This document shows positions 1 through 13,270 of a stretch of DNA of 64,000 nucleotides, in pieces. The DNA comes from Felis catus (Eukaryota), in contig NC_058368.1 of NCBI RefSeq assembly GCF_018350175.1, positions 190,962,001 through 191,026,000 of the forward strand. Direction: 5' to 3'. The notes under the pieces are model-generated. The model worked only from the letters and a program-made list of their open reading frames with translations, ran no database searches and was not told where the DNA came from. Positions within the stretch are counted from its first letter, which is position 1. Each line of letters begins with the position of its first letter. Made by a program: the position numbers and the translations under genes.

Positions 1-207
1 GTTATTTGTGCTTTAGATTGTTTTCTGCCTACATGTCCTTTTTATAATGTGCATACATTAATTTATAATTCATTGACACGTAAGTATGAACTAGGTCAGC
101 ATATCCTAAAGTTAGCCAGAGTTCTTGATTTAAGGAGCCCTTTAGTTGTATAGTTTGGGAATTGGTGAAAACTGTATCTTTTCTCCAAGAGTCAAAAATG
201 CACTGTA

Positions 208-385
208 CAGTGGTTCTGAAAATGTTGCCACTGGACGAAACATACCAACCTCGCTTGAAAACTTGGTAACAGTGCAAATTTTCAGGCCCATCCCCGGCCT
301 AGGGAATCAGAAACTCTGGAGGTAGAGTCCCTGATCTGTTAAAACACAGGTGAGTCTGATGCTCAGTGAAGTTTGACAACCACTG
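208..385. mobile_element. MER5A-like hAT-Charlie MITE
   Basis: Terminal inverted repeats cagtggttct...acaaccactg, about 180 bp long, with internal tgcaaattttcaggccc...gaatcagaaactctgg typical of MER5A. Confidence 0.75.
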
Positions 386-977
386 TATTAACACATTAAT
401 GGTATAACAAGGCCTGAGGCAACGAAACCTGCTTATTTTAAGCAGCATTACTCAAAATATTTGCCTCCACACCTCTTTTTCACGTGACAGCTATCGATTT
501 CCACGGAATCTGTGGTGGACAAGATATACATTAGAAACTGCTATGCAAGTCTATGGAAAAGCAAAATATATTCACTGCAAAACTGGCAACATAAAATGTT
601 AAGAAAAAAAATATTTATTGTGTTATACTATGTGCCAGACCCCAGGAACACTGTGAGAGATTTGACACACGTGATCCCTTCCTCCCCAGGATATATGGAC
701 TAGTAGCGAAGACAGATAAACAATGAACATATGGAAATATTATATATGAAGTGCACACTGTGCAGAACAATGTAAAACACATTAAGAGGGCCAATGGACG
801 GTTCAGCATGACTTTGGTCATTAAAGTTGCTCTGCAAGCCATTCTCGTCATTCTCTTGTCCACACTGCCTAGGCCATGGTGACTAAGGCACCTGTCTACA
901 GCAGGTATAATCAGACTACTTGTAGCATGTTCCAAGTATAAGGGCTTTAGAAAAGTCATGGTCATCAACAAGACTGG

Positions 978-1345
978 CACTATGGTCTGGATGTTTGTGT
1001 CCCCACCCCCTATATTCTTATGTTGAAATTCTAATTCCTAAAGGTGATGGTATTATAGTAAGTAAGGCTTCTGGGCAGAGCTGATATCATGAGGTTGGAG
1101 CCCTCATCAACGAGATTAGTGACCTATACAAGATTCCACAGAGATCCCTCACCCCTTCCACCATATGAGGGAAGTAGCAAAACTTTGGCAGTATGCATCC
1201 CAGAAGTTTTTTATCGGACACTGAATCGGTCAGCACCAAGATCCTGAACTTCCCAGCCTCTAGTACTGTGAGAAATAAACTTCTATTGTTTATAAGCCCT
1301 ACAAACTGTGGTATTCTGTTATAGCAACCCCAACAGACCACCAAT
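978..1345 (+). mobile_element. MLT1A-type (ERVL-MaLR) solo LTR
   Basis: Begins ctatggtctggatgtttgtgtcccc...tgttgaaattctaat and ends ...gagaaataaacttctattgtttataagcc...tggtattctgttatagcaacccc. About 370 bp. Confidence 0.8.
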
Positions 1346-1652
1346 GCTGGCCAGCAAAGCTACAGCACACAGGCTCACAGACAGGCTTGTCGTCTTTTAG
1401 GCTGCTGTTTCTCACTGGGTCCTCTGAACCTCCAAAGTCACGCCTCTGGTTTGGTGGGCCTGCTGCTTAGAATGTAGCTGAGGTATGGGGGGAAACTGGT
1501 AAAAGACAGTGACATTGCAGTAGGCACTCAACAAATACCTGCCTTTTACAGTTCAGCAAACCCTCTGTGTCAAGCTTATCCTGATCTCTATATTAGTAAG
1601 GGGAGGCTAACTTAAATTAGTATCAAAAGCTCAAATGTAATAGAGGGGAAAT

Positions 1653-2025
1653 ATCCAATAGAACTTTCTGAATTCATGGACATTTTCTATGTGTTGTCTG
1701 ATAAGACAGCCACGCGGCTATCAAACATAGGAAATGTGGCTACTGTGACGAAGGACCTGGAGCTTGTTCTTTTATTTTTTTTTTTAACTTTATTTATTTT
1801 GAGAGAGAGAGATAGAGGGGAGAGATAGAGAATCCAAAGCAGGCTTTGCACTGTCAGTGCAGAACCCAATGCGGGGCTCGAACTCACAAACCAAGAGATC
1901 ACGACCTGAGTCGAAACCAAGAGACGGACGCTTAACTGACTGAGCCACCCAGGTGCCCTGAGGAACTAGGGTTTTAATTATAATTACATTGAACAGCCTT
2001 ATGTAGCTCTCCCATTTAGACAACA
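1653..2025. mobile_element. MER3-like hAT MITE interrupted by a Can-SINE
   Basis: tccaatagaactttctg...gaaatgtggctactgtgac before the SINE and gaggaactagggttttaatt... after it. Confidence 0.65.
1769..1958 (-). mobile_element. Can-SINE (carnivore tRNA-derived SINE)
   Basis: Poly-T, (GA)n, ...ggggctcgaactcac...gactgagccacccaggtgccc, the reverse complement of the Can-SINE head. Confidence 0.92.
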
Positions 2026-3064
2026 CGTGAGAAGTATATGACCCAGACTAATGAGGGTTCCACTATACTCAATATAGAACATTCAATCCTAGTTACACAA
2101 TATTAGAATTAGGTAAAAACTTCATTCAACTGTCAATCAGATGTTCAGGCAGTTCATGCTAGAACGTTCCCTGTGACACCCTTTCCAGTTATAAACAGGG
2201 ACTTTCCTGAAGAACCTGCAGGGGGGCCTGCCCCACCCCCATTCCTCACTCCAGACTTTCTATTTCTCTTTCACTTCAAGTCGAATATAACTGCCCCTTC
2301 TCTTAGAGCCTGTCTGGATGGTGGCATTAATCTCATTAACATTTGCACCTGACCCTCCCCAGTTTCCTGCATACAGAGCGGCGCATTAAATTAAGGACTT
2401 CAATGTCTAGGCAGAAGGAATGACCAAGAGAAGAACTTCAAGTAGGGCCTTGGGGGAGATATTTATCTAACCAGTAGGACAAGCTCTTAAATTTCCTGGA
2501 ACATTTGTAAAAAAGGGGTTAAAAAGTTTGAATGTTGGCTCAAAACGGTAAGGGCATTATGTTAATAAATCCTTCCTGGGCCAGCCTCCAGAGAGATTCC
2601 AAACCATTTCTCAATAGGTAAGATAAAGGAGAGCAACAGATCTCTTTGCCCAGAAATGCATCAAAGGTGTGCCTGCCCTTGGTTGGGAGCTTACAGAAAT
2701 CACTTCACCCTATTTTACTGGAACTCAACATTTAAGGTGGCAGCCACTTTCCTGGCAATAATTAATGCACTACTTTAGGGAGAGTTCTGTATTGCTGGTT
2801 AACTTATCTTGTATTCTGGGTCTTGTCTGTGTAGACTTTAAGCTGCTAGTGAAGGCAGGGAGTTCATTCTACATGTGTGAATCCCTCAGCCACTTAGCTC
2901 TATGGCTGGTAAGCCACAGCACATAGTGAACTTACACCTGTTCAGTTGGGTCAACAGGGTCACTAAGCTATTCTGGTCAATGTGGGTTCCAGTCCTGGAT
3001 GTGTGGCCTTAGGCAAACCACTTTCCTTCTCTGAACTTTGTCATTATCTTCTAAAAGAGACTTC

Positions 3065-3271
3065 AGGAAACTACCAGCTGTAGGCCAAATCATCTTTTCT
3101 ATAGGCCAAATCATCTTTCTGGTCTGTTTTTATACAGTTTATCAGCTAACAGTGATTTTTATATTTTAAAGATTTATGAAAACAAGAATATGCAACTGAA
3201 ACCAAGTGTGGGCCCCAGAGCCTAAAAGTGTTACTATCTGGCTTTTTATAGAAAAAGTTGGCCAACCTCTG
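3065..3271 (+). mobile_element. MER58-family hAT-Charlie element
   Basis: aaactaccagctgtaggccaaatc...gcctaaaagtgttactatctggctttttatagaaaaagttggccaacctctg matches MER58 ends. Confidence 0.7.
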
Positions 3272-4885
3272 CACTAAAATGAAGACAGTAAAGTAGAAAA
3301 AAATGTTTTTCTTCTATTACACTTTATTTTTTTTTCCCCACCATCTTATGAAAACTGTATCTCTGAAGAATTTACAGGGACTCCAAGCAGTGAATATATA
3401 ACACAATGGCAGGCCATTGAGGTTGGTGCATGAGTGGAAACTCGACCAATACCCCTTCCTTTAGGGCAAACCCCTGAGGCTTCTGTTGTACAGTCTGAAA
3501 GCCTCAGACCAGAGTGATCCATAAAATCCTGTTTTGGCCTAACCATACTCTGTTTCAGGGAGTCTGTACAGTTAGCAGTTAGTGCTTAAGCTTAGGAGTC
3601 AGGATATTCAGGCTGAGTCCCGGAGTTATCTCTTATTACCTTGGTAAGTCACTTAACCTTTCCAAATCTCAATTACCTAAAGTGGGAGTCATGATAGGAA
3701 CGCTTTATTGTGGTAAAGTTTACATGGGAATAGTGCATGAAAAGCATTTAGTAGAAGGCTGGCAACATGCTAATATATCAGTGGAAACTCATTGTTATTG
3801 TGATAATCCACTCCTGTCTCCTGCACATGCCTGCCTTTTGAAACAGTCCCAATTAATACTGTTCGGAGGTCAAAAAGCCCCACATGGGAAAGTACCCCCA
3901 CCACGCCCCACACCAGGGAACACGCAATACCTATTATCCAATCACTACTGTTGGCAAAGGGCTCTGCATCTCACAGACGAGAAGCCCAACAAGGGCATGA
4001 AATATCTTCTCTTGAGTGTCTGCATCACCTGGCTTACCCGAGCCCAAAGCCCTCCAGATACCCTCTGCACGGCAGCAATAATAACACACACAAAACCGCA
4101 TATATAAATAAAAGATTTTGCTGCTAATGAGAGGCAACCCAGCAGTTTTCCCACCACTTCCGTGACAAGTTAATGAGCTCTACAATTGCAGTCGAAATAT
4201 TTTTGCTATTTTCATGATTTTCTTGGCTTCTTTCCCAAGGAATGAATCACTTCTACAGCACTGGGGAGAAGCTGAGAAATCGCAGACATGACTGAATGAC
4301 ATGATAGTGCATTCTCTTCACCCACGCCCAATCTCTCTCTGTGCAGGAAATTGAATCGTTCCAGGGGAAAATGGCTTGCTCTGGTAGGGAAGGTGTGGAA
4401 GCCTAGATCCTTCAGGGCTCTGGCATCATGGGAAGTGTTCAGTCGGCCACGGAGGTTGATTTCAGTTCTTTTGAGATTCTCCAATTCCAGGTGAAGCACC
4501 AGGAACATACTTGAGGTCCTGTGGCTGTGCCAAAATTAAACTCCCGGTGTCATGGTGTCACTGGGCTGACAGGAAATAGCTGCTCTGGTGGGCCAACTAA
4601 GTTTATGACTGAGAAGGCAGACTCCTGTGATCAAGTTTTGAAACAAGAAATTCTACCTGAGGAGACTCCAGAGATCATCCTGTTCATCTCCTCATGTTGG
4701 GAATGAGAAAGCTGTAAATTCACAGGCTTTGGAGGTAGACACACATGTATTTGAAATTCCGCATCTTGTTACCAAATCGCCTAACCTTTTTACAATTCTC
4801 TTCTTCTCTGCAAATGTTACAGTACCTTCTTCACAGGGTTAGTAACAGGATTAAAGGTACAGTGTAGCACAGGACTTGGTACATA

Positions 4886-5078
4886 TGTACCAAAGAGGGA
4901 ATACAACTTTGACCCACAACTGCAGCAACCTGCCCAGAAAACCAACCTCTTGATTACAATAAACTCAGGAGGCCAGCCTGCTATAGGTTGGATGCACAGG
5001 GAGTCAGATTCCTGTCTCCAGTGACAATGCAGGAGGTTAGACAATAACTTCTTTAAATTTTTTTAACGTTTATTTATT

Positions 5079-5133
<55 letters not shown>

Positions 5134-5638
5134 ATGAACGGGGGAGGGTCAGAGAGAGGGAGACACAGAATCTGAAACAGGCTCCAGGCTCTGAGCTGTC
5201 AGCACAGAGCCCTATGCGGGGCTCGAACTCATGGACCGCGAGATCATGACCTGAGCCGAAGTCGGCTGCTTAACTGACTGAGCCACCCAGGCGCCCCGAC
5301 AATAACTTCTTTAACAATCAGCTCCACATGGCCAGAACTTAATTAGTAACTGACAGCTTCCCTAATTCTGTCCCTGCTCCCAACTGAGATCAAATCAGAG
5401 AAAACCCAATATACTCCCCTAACCAATCACATAAATACCCTGCATCTAGTTAGCCTGCCTACAATGTGCCCATGCCAACAGCCTGGAATCTGGGCTCACC
5501 TGAAATTTCCTACTCCTCTGTCTGCCTATGAGTCTTCGCCAAAAGACAAGTCATGGTGGCTGATTCCCTTGCTGTAGCCAGCTCTGAATAGATAGACTTT
5601 GCTTGTTCCCATTTAGGTGGTCTTCCTTTACTTCCACA
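4886..5638 (+). mobile_element. ERV solo LTR (family not confidently named), interrupted by a SINE
   Basis: TG...CA-bounded block with CCAAT (aaccaatcac) and an LTR-like 3' end (gctctgaatagatagactttgcttgttcccattt...ttccaca). Confidence 0.6.
5057..5297 (-). mobile_element. SINEC_Fc-type Can-SINE with 17-bp target-site duplication (TSD)
   Basis: Full-length element flanked by perfect TSD gacaataacttctttaa (5040-5056 and 5298-5314), with a long (GA)n. Confidence 0.96.
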
Positions 5639-6762
5639 ATGCACATACATACCTACCCCACACATCGTTTGCATAACCATACACGTTACCATATAGTGAA
5701 TCAAGAAAAGTCTTGAAAACCAGCGTGGTGCTTTTCAATTTGCTGATGTACCATCACAAAGGAAGTAATCACCATAGTATCACTACTCAAGCTTGTTCTA
5801 TCCAATAAGAATTCTAAAAAGGCTCTAAGTTTGTGTAGTGTTTAATCTTCTGTGAGTTTACCCAACTGTTCCCTCATTCATTCATTGACTTTATGAATGG
5901 AACAGAGACACAGTCAACTTCTCCGTTAAGAACATTAAGAACCAAGCGAAGGGCCCACAACATTTTGAGAGGCTCACAAAAAATGGTTTCATTTCTTATA
6001 AAATCAGAAGGAAAAAAAACCCAAACTTTTAGGTGGAAAAAAATAATTTATACATACTCTAAGTATCTCAGATTTTATACCACAGTGCTGTAAAATATAA
6101 TTTTAATACATTTTTGTGGAGGAAAGGACCGATAAAAGCAAAAATGTATAGAGTCTTCAAAAGTCATGTTGCAGCCCTGGTGAGAAAAAATAACATTTGC
6201 CCTTTTTGTGGATGAATAAATCAATGGTCAGCTATCACTTACCTATATCAGCATCTCCACCCACCCATGATCTCTATTCTATATTTTGGTAAGTCTCAGA
6301 TTGGTCTTCTGTCTATTTTCTGGTGCACTGATCCTCTTAGTTCATCCTTTCTGCAGCTGTCAAACATAATGTGTTCAAAACACAGGAGAGATCATTACCC
6401 AACTTGTAGAAAAATCATTTAAAACTTTGCTGGCACCCCACGTTCAGGATCACAATATGATTCTAATTTGTAGTCTGTTTTACCCACTTCTCCACCCACA
6501 GAAGTTCCCCATCCTTGATCTAGGCATGACTATGCCACACCTGCCCAGGCGTTCCTCCACCTGCTGAGAGCCAGTGCATTCTGCTCACATCTGCCTTTAC
6601 ATATCACATTCTCAATGAACTCCTCTCAGGTGTCCCATCTGAGATGTTCCTTTGTCTCACTCCCAAACCACCATGAGATCAAAATTAACTGTAATTAGTT
6701 AGATATACATCTGTCTTAGAATATGGCCCTGTTGAGGGCAGGAATCAGATCTTATCCCTATC

Positions 6763-6788
6763 TTTTTATTTAATGTTTGTTTATTTTT

Positions 6789-6821
<33 letters not shown>

Positions 6822-7001
6822 GGAGGGAGGGAGGGAGAGGAGATGGGCAGAGAGAGAGGCAGACACAGAATCTGAAGCAGGCTCCAGGCTCTGAGCGGTC
6901 AGCACAGGGGCCTGATGCAGGGCTCGAACCCATGAACCATGCATGAGACCATGACCTGAGCTGAAGTTGAATGCTTAACCGACTGAGCCACCCAGGCGCT
7001 G
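6763..7001 (-). mobile_element. Can-SINE
   Basis: Full-length. TSD cttatccctatcttt / cttatccctgtcttt (1 mismatch). Confidence 0.93.
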
Positions 7002-7210
7002 CTTATCCCTGTCTTTCATTGATGCCCGGAACTGACATTTATCAAACAACATCCCCGGAATGTAATACTCACCAGTAGCAAAGTTGGTATTAGAAGCTAA
7101 GTCACCAGTCTCCTAGTTTTGCCTTCCAGTTCATCATACAACATCTTAACACTAGCCAGTCAGACCAGGGAGGTGGACAGGTGCTCCAGACGCCAAGCAC
7201 TGAAGTACAA

Positions 7211-7648
7211 CAGTGCGGTGCTGATGAATATTTAAAAAACAGGCTCACCAGGAAAAGACTAAAGAACAACAAAAAACAACTCCTTTGATTTACAGTGTCT
7301 GCCAATTTTCCCTTGTGTAAATACTCCCATCATGGCCAATTTCAAGCTATCAACCATCAACATGACTTCACTGAACACGGAATTAGGGAGAGATGCACAG
7401 GGGCATACCATTATGTAGTATTTCCATTTTGTAAATGCCATAGCCTAAATAACCACAGAATCTAGTAAAAATAATTAAGAAGTGATGATTTTTGAGTACC
7501 CATTACCTTTATTTCAATTAATTTAACTGTATATTTATAAAGAACTTAATTTTAATAATGGATTAGTAACTAGCTCCACTCGAAAATTTCTGAGAATTTA
7601 ACAATCTGCCCCTATGAGTCAGTACAAGCTGTCTCATCTGCACCACAG
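7211..7648 (-). mobile_element. MER63B-like hAT-Blackjack DNA transposon
   Basis: About 440 bp. Ends cagtgcggtgctg... and ...gcaccacag. Internal gtgtaaatactcccatcatggccaatttcaagct and gaagtgatgatttttgagta match MER63 in reverse. Confidence 0.7.
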
Positions 7649-7719
7649 GCAGCATGGAATTTTTTCAGATGTAGCCTAAAGGAGCAGCAAAGACAAACAC
7701 CCATAGTATTCGAGGGTTT

Positions 7720-8280
7720 AGATCTACCCTATGACCCAGCAATAGCACTGCTAGGAATTTACCCAAGGGATACAGGAGTGCTGATGCATAGGGGCACTCA
7801 TACCCCAATGTTTATAGCAGCATTTTCAACAATAGCCAAATTATGGAAAGAGCTTAAATGGCCATCAACTGACTAATGGACAAAGAAGATGTGGTTTATA
7901 TATACAATGGAATACTACTCGGCAATGAGAAAGAATGAAATCCTTCCATTTGCAGCAATGTGGATGGAACTGGAGGGTATTATGCTAAGTGAAAAAAGTC
8001 AGGCAGAGAAAGACAGATACCATATGTTTTCACATATACGTGGATCCGGAGACACTTAACAGAAGACCATGGGGGAGGGGAAGGGGGAAAAAATGTTACA
8101 GAGAGGGAGGGAGGCAAACCATAAGAGACTCTTAAATACTGAGAACAAACTGAGTGTTGATGGGGGGTGGGGGAGAGGGGAAAGTGGATGATGGGCACTG
8201 AGGAAGGCACCTGGTGGGAGGAGCACTGGGTGTTGTATGGAAACCAATTTGCCAATAAATTATATTTAATATTAAAAAAT
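7720..8280 (+). mobile_element. 5'-truncated carnivore/felid L1 (degenerate ORF2 C-terminus plus 3'UTR)
   Basis: ctaccctatgacccagcaatagcactgctaggaatttacccaa...tggatggaactggagggtattatgctaagtgaaa...gagcactgggtgttgtatggaaaccaatttgccaataaa. Confidence 0.93.
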
Positions 8281-8950
8281 AGATCAATAATATAATAAAG
8301 GCACCGCTTAGATTCTATTTCATTTATTCAGGTAGATCTTCCCTGTCCCTTTCCTGGGCTTTTCTAGGACATGCTTCTGTTTTATCATATGTGTTCCATG
8401 CTTACCTGTCCCCAGCATACCACAGACTCTGTGAGGTAGAAGGCCCTGTCTATTCTTCACTGCTTTATTTCTGGTGTCAGGACCTCAATAAACATTTGTT
8501 GAATATGTGGATGGGTAAACATGTGAGAATCTTATTGCCACTTGATTTTTTATACTGACATGATAAGGGTGATGCTATAAGACGGATGTCAAGTGACACA
8601 GGGTTTCAAACAGGAACCACGAAAGGCAAAGTCTTTACTTAGTGTGACCTAATGTTGCTTACATTTAAGAAAACCCCAAGACAACACTGAGTATATGTGT
8701 GCTAAAAGGATCAAGGCTGCAAATAGGGGTTACCTGCTACGCTTTCTTGAGCGGTTTATACTAAGCGCTAGATATCAACTATGAAGTAAAAGGCAGAACA
8801 GCAAATAATAACACACAAACTAAAGTAATATTGCACAAAACACTATTTTTGTCCACAATTTAAGAAAGAGGTGTCATCAAAGAAGAACATGTAAGACTTG
8901 GATTTTTAAAAATGTTTTGCCCTGTATAATTTCAAAATAAATAACAGTAA

Positions 8951-8952
<2 letters not shown>

Positions 8953-8984
<32 letters not shown>
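8953..8984. repeat. (TG)n microsatellite
   Basis: Seen directly. Confidence 0.95.
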
Positions 8985-8986
<2 letters not shown>

Positions 8987-9059
8987 CCTGTTTGTATAAA
9001 ATTCCTATGTTCCAGGAACCATTAATTCCTTTAGTCATAGGCAACTCTCTAATGTATGC

Positions 9060-9175
9060 ACTGTTATTATTATAAGAAAACTGAGACACTAGGAATTTAA
9101 GTAACTTGCCCAAGGTCACATAGTTAGAAAGTAATGGCAGTCTGGCTCCAGAGTCTCTGCCCTTCATCATTATGC
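9060..9175 (-). mobile_element. MIR fragment
   Basis: gaaaactgagacactaggaatttaagtaacttgcccaaggtcacatagttag, the MIR core. Confidence 0.75.
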
Positions 9176-9771
9176 TATACTATAGCTGACAAAACAAACA
9201 ATGTCCAGAATGTCCAAAATGTCCCTGGAGTTTTATATTTCTGGAGTTAGTCCCAATTGTCATAAGCAAGAGTTTTAATCTTAGGAGATCTCTAGGGTAG
9301 GCATCTGATCTCTGGATGAGAGGAGGGACCACCCTAGTTTGGGGACACATAAATGTCTCCCCTACCAGTAGAAAGAGGATCAGGAATTCCTACTAGCTGC
9401 CTAGATTTGGGCAAGCTCTTCAGTGTATCATTTCAAATGGAGATATGTCTTACAGAAGGAAGAATTTGCTAAGCCTCTGTTTGTCCCCCCAGATTAGGTA
9501 GCCAAGAGAAGGCCCATGGTAGTAAGACACAAGAAAAGCTGGTCTTTGCGGAGGCTTGGGGAGAGGAAGCTTCAGAAATTTGTGCTTTTCAAGTATGTCA
9601 GCATTTGTGTGCCTTTGTGGGAGGGTGGTGGGAATGTGCAAGCATTGTGACAGGCTCATGCTAAATAAGAACCGTGACTTCCTTCCTCTCTGAGCCCCGT
9701 TACAGAGTCAAATCAACACTTCAGGTATGTATATGTGAGGACAGTTCAGTAGATGTGCACATAGCATCGCT

Positions 9772-9804
9772 GTTTGTTTGTTTGTTTGTTTGTTTGTTTG
9801 TTTT
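9772..9804. repeat. (TTTG)n microsatellite
   Basis: Seen directly. Confidence 0.95.
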
Positions 9805-10547
9805 TACAAGGCTAGCATTGGGACCTTCTGGTTTCAAGTAGTTTATATTTCAAAATATTATCCGTATTATGTCTTCACTTCCAGAAATGTTTATGGAATT
9901 ACTTAAAATACACATGGGTCTCCATCATTCCTTTTTCAGCTGCTAAAAGTAAGAGATTAATAAAATCATGGAAGGATACCAAGATTGGGAGTGAGGAAAA
10001 TTTACAAGTTATATTTATTTTGTTAAGAAAAAACAGAGCTTTGCTGGAGGAGGAGGAATTGGTCTAATTAACTGATCCAAGCCCCTAGCTGTATTTTAAT
10101 GTAGTCCATGTGTGGATTCTGGCACAATATGGTCTTCAGGCTGCCAAATCCAAAATCAATTTGTAGAAGAAACAGCAATCAGTCATTAATTGATTTCTGA
10201 TTCCATTTAGCTTTAAATTAAAGGACACCTCTATGTCCTTGCAAATAAAATAATAATCAGTGATTGGGCACATCTGATAGCAATTTGATTGCTGTCCATA
10301 TCGGACTACTGGGCTTGCCAACGACTGCCATTTGCCTGGCACCTGGTCACTGAATGAACCTGCCTTCCATATTTAACCCATCGACTGTCTTTCTGTTAAC
10401 GATCCAGAGTCCACGGCACAAACAGAAGTATTCAAGGAAACTATCACCAGGAGCCTTTTAAAAACAGCAGTACAAGCAGACGGTTCTTGTACTCCCATCC
10501 TGAATTTCTCAATAGCCACCTCAACTTTCCTTCATGCAAGTGTTTCT

Positions 10548-10684
10548 TTTTAATGTGTATTTTTTTTACTTTATTGTTTTAATTTAAATCCAAGTTAGTT
10601 AACATATAGTGTAATAATGGTTTCAGGAGGGCTAACAGACATGAGAAGATGCTCAACATCACTCACCATCAGGGAAATACAAAT
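10548..10684. mobile_element. Short L1 with 5' inversion
   Basis: A reverse-oriented carnivore L1 3' end (T-rich tail, aatttaaatccaagttagttaacatatagtg) is joined to a forward L1 ORF2 piece (gctaacagacatgagaagatgctcaacatcactcaccatcagggaaatacaaatc). Degenerate 15-bp TSD. Confidence 0.75.
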
Positions 10685-11919
10685 CACACAATTGTTTCTA
10701 ATGGTAATTCAGAATTACAGGTTGGCGGTTCTGACAACCAAAAATTGGTTCTTCGCAGACTCAGAATGTAAAATCCAACTTACATAGCTCTTCTGGCTGA
10801 GGAATCCATCAATATCCACTGATCCTGAAAAGATAACTTAGCCCAACTTCATACCTATTGAGTTTTATTTAGAATCTTTCTTTTTCTTCTCCCTCTGTTC
10901 TTCTAAGAAAAGTTAGAATGGAACGAGCAGAGCAAAAGAATTGTAGTTAAAGGAATGTTTGCTTTCCGAGGTATCACAAGTGATGAGGTCAGTTTTAGAC
11001 TGAAATGTGAATGTGAGCAATGGATAACTAACATCCTCCACCATTTTGTGTATTTTTTACTTCATGCCAAAGACAATGCTCATATCTACTTCAATATGTA
11101 CATTCTCCTAAATGAGGAAATTGTTCTTGGGATTGTTTGGGGGTACCTTTTTTTCTTATTGAAAATACATTTTCCTTCCAGCTTTTCAGAAAGTTATTTA
11201 GAGACCATACTCTAGGCCAAATAATAATTCTGTTTTTATAAAGTAATGCCAGGCTTCAACATCTATTTTTAATCTGCTAAGACAGAGTTAGCAAGGAATA
11301 TTTTATCTTCAGTTGGGCCCTGTTAGTCCTTCAACTCAGCTTATAGGTGCAATACATCATGCCTGGAGGCCCTCTGGTATTATATAACCTCCCATGCATA
11401 ACGTGAATTAGCAAGGAAATGACATATTTATATAGCAATTAAAAATATGTTTAGCATTCCCTGAGGTGCCACCCCTCCCAATTATTTAAGCTAGAAGCAC
11501 ATTAATCATCCTGCAGGGTGTAGTACAATAGAGGCAGCAGTTGTTTCTGTATGCAGTGTTTAATACCGCACATGGAAACGTAATCTGAATTTTCACAACC
11601 TTGACATGTCACCATACATTGATTATACGTACACTTAAACACAGCATGCTCTTTTTTAAACAGTACCATTTGGAGCTGTCACATACCCAAAGCATGAGTC
11701 TCTGGGCTTTCATGTTAACCCGCTTCACGATAAGACCATTTATTACTGAGCATGAACAAGAAGCAAAGGGGAATCGAGCTCATTCCCATAAGCCTTCTCG
11801 ATTTGAAAGTCAATGTTAGGCATTCTCAGATGCTGTAAGATCCCAGAATCTGTTAGGTATTCTGGAATGTTTATTCCTGAGTGTTCATAAGAGACATCAC
11901 TTAAAATTAAAACAAAAAT

Positions 11920-12111
11920 ATTTATTTTTGAGGAAGAGAGAGAGCGAGCAAGCAGGGGAGGGTCAGAGAGAGAGGGAGACACAGAATCCAAAGCAGGCTC
12001 CAGGCTCTGAGCTTTCAGCAAACAGCCTGACACGGGACTCGAACCGCGAACCACAAGATCATGGCCTGAGCTGAAGTCAGACACTTAACTGACGGAGCCA
12101 CCCAGGTGCCC
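11920..12111 (-). mobile_element. Can-SINE
   Basis: tttatttttgag...agacacagaatccaaagcaggctccaggctctgagc...gagccacccaggtgccc. Confidence 0.92.
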
Positions 12112-13059
12112 TATAAATGCATTACTTTAAAAGCACAATTTTAATTGCTGTGTACACCCCTCAAATACAATAAAAATGAGAAACAATGGATACATTAACT
12201 TGGTTGACCATTCTGACATAATTTGGGGTGCACTAAAGTTTTTGAAATCCTAGGATGAGCCTCAGATGGTTTTCACTGATCCTGAAGTAATGACCATCAA
12301 ACACGGAGCAACCAGCCTTCTCTCACGGGAGCACACCGCCCCTCCACGATCTGGAACACTCTCAATATCAGTTGTGAAGGAGCCCTGAACAGCTCATCAT
12401 CAGCCAGGTATCACCAATATCTGTAAGGGGCTTTGTGTTTCAGAAACCATTTCTACATACTTCATTTCATTTAGGCAGATAACAACATTCTGAGGAGGTA
12501 CTATGACCACTGGTTGACAATTGAGACACTGAATTTCCTGAATTTTATCTGACTTTTTAAACAATGCACATTTTAGAAGTCACAACCTCAGATGTTTATA
12601 GGTAAATCCATCAAACGTGATAATGTGGGTGATGATTGTAACATTTGGTCACATGTGTTACATTTTCACTGTGTGCCATGTACTATCTGTATTAAATTTT
12701 TAACTACATTAACTCAGTAATCCTCACCGCTCCATGTTATGGATAGGAAAATCTAGACTCAAGAGGAAGGGGGCTTGCCCTGTGTCACACAGTCAGAAGC
12801 CAGAAGGTAACACCTGACAGTCTGGCTATAGAGTCCCCACTCTGCTTTACCATCCACAGTGCATGGCCCCCCAGATCATACTGCTCCCTGACCACTGGAT
12901 TTAGCATGAGGTCTTAAAGAATATTCATGAATCATAAACTAAGGGAGGTCAAATAACGGTAGTATCACTAACATGCATGAGGAGGTTTCCTGACCAATTT
13001 TATACCTAATAGAAGAAAAAAAAATATGTTAGTCATCATTTCCTGCTAGAAGGCTGTCT

Positions 13060-13270
13060 GGCTCTAAACAATTGGAGTTCACACTCTGACTCTAATTAAC
13101 TCTATGTTCCTGGGCAAATCACTTACTCTCCCTAATTCTTCAGTTTTCCTCATTCATACCTTAGTGACAGGGATGGAAAAGACCCATAGGGTAGTTCAGG
13201 CAACCATATGAGATCATGGATAGAAGTCACTTATCAGAGTGCCTAGAGATTGCCAAGTACTCAACAGATG
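13060..13270 (+). mobile_element. MIR
   Basis: ctgggcaaatcacttactctccct...cagttttcctcatt..., the MIR core. Confidence 0.65.

Noticed and set aside
3682..4157. Overlapping 67-141 aa ORFs
   Set aside because: They start in MIR-like sequence and have no recognisable domain, consistent with random intronic ORFs.
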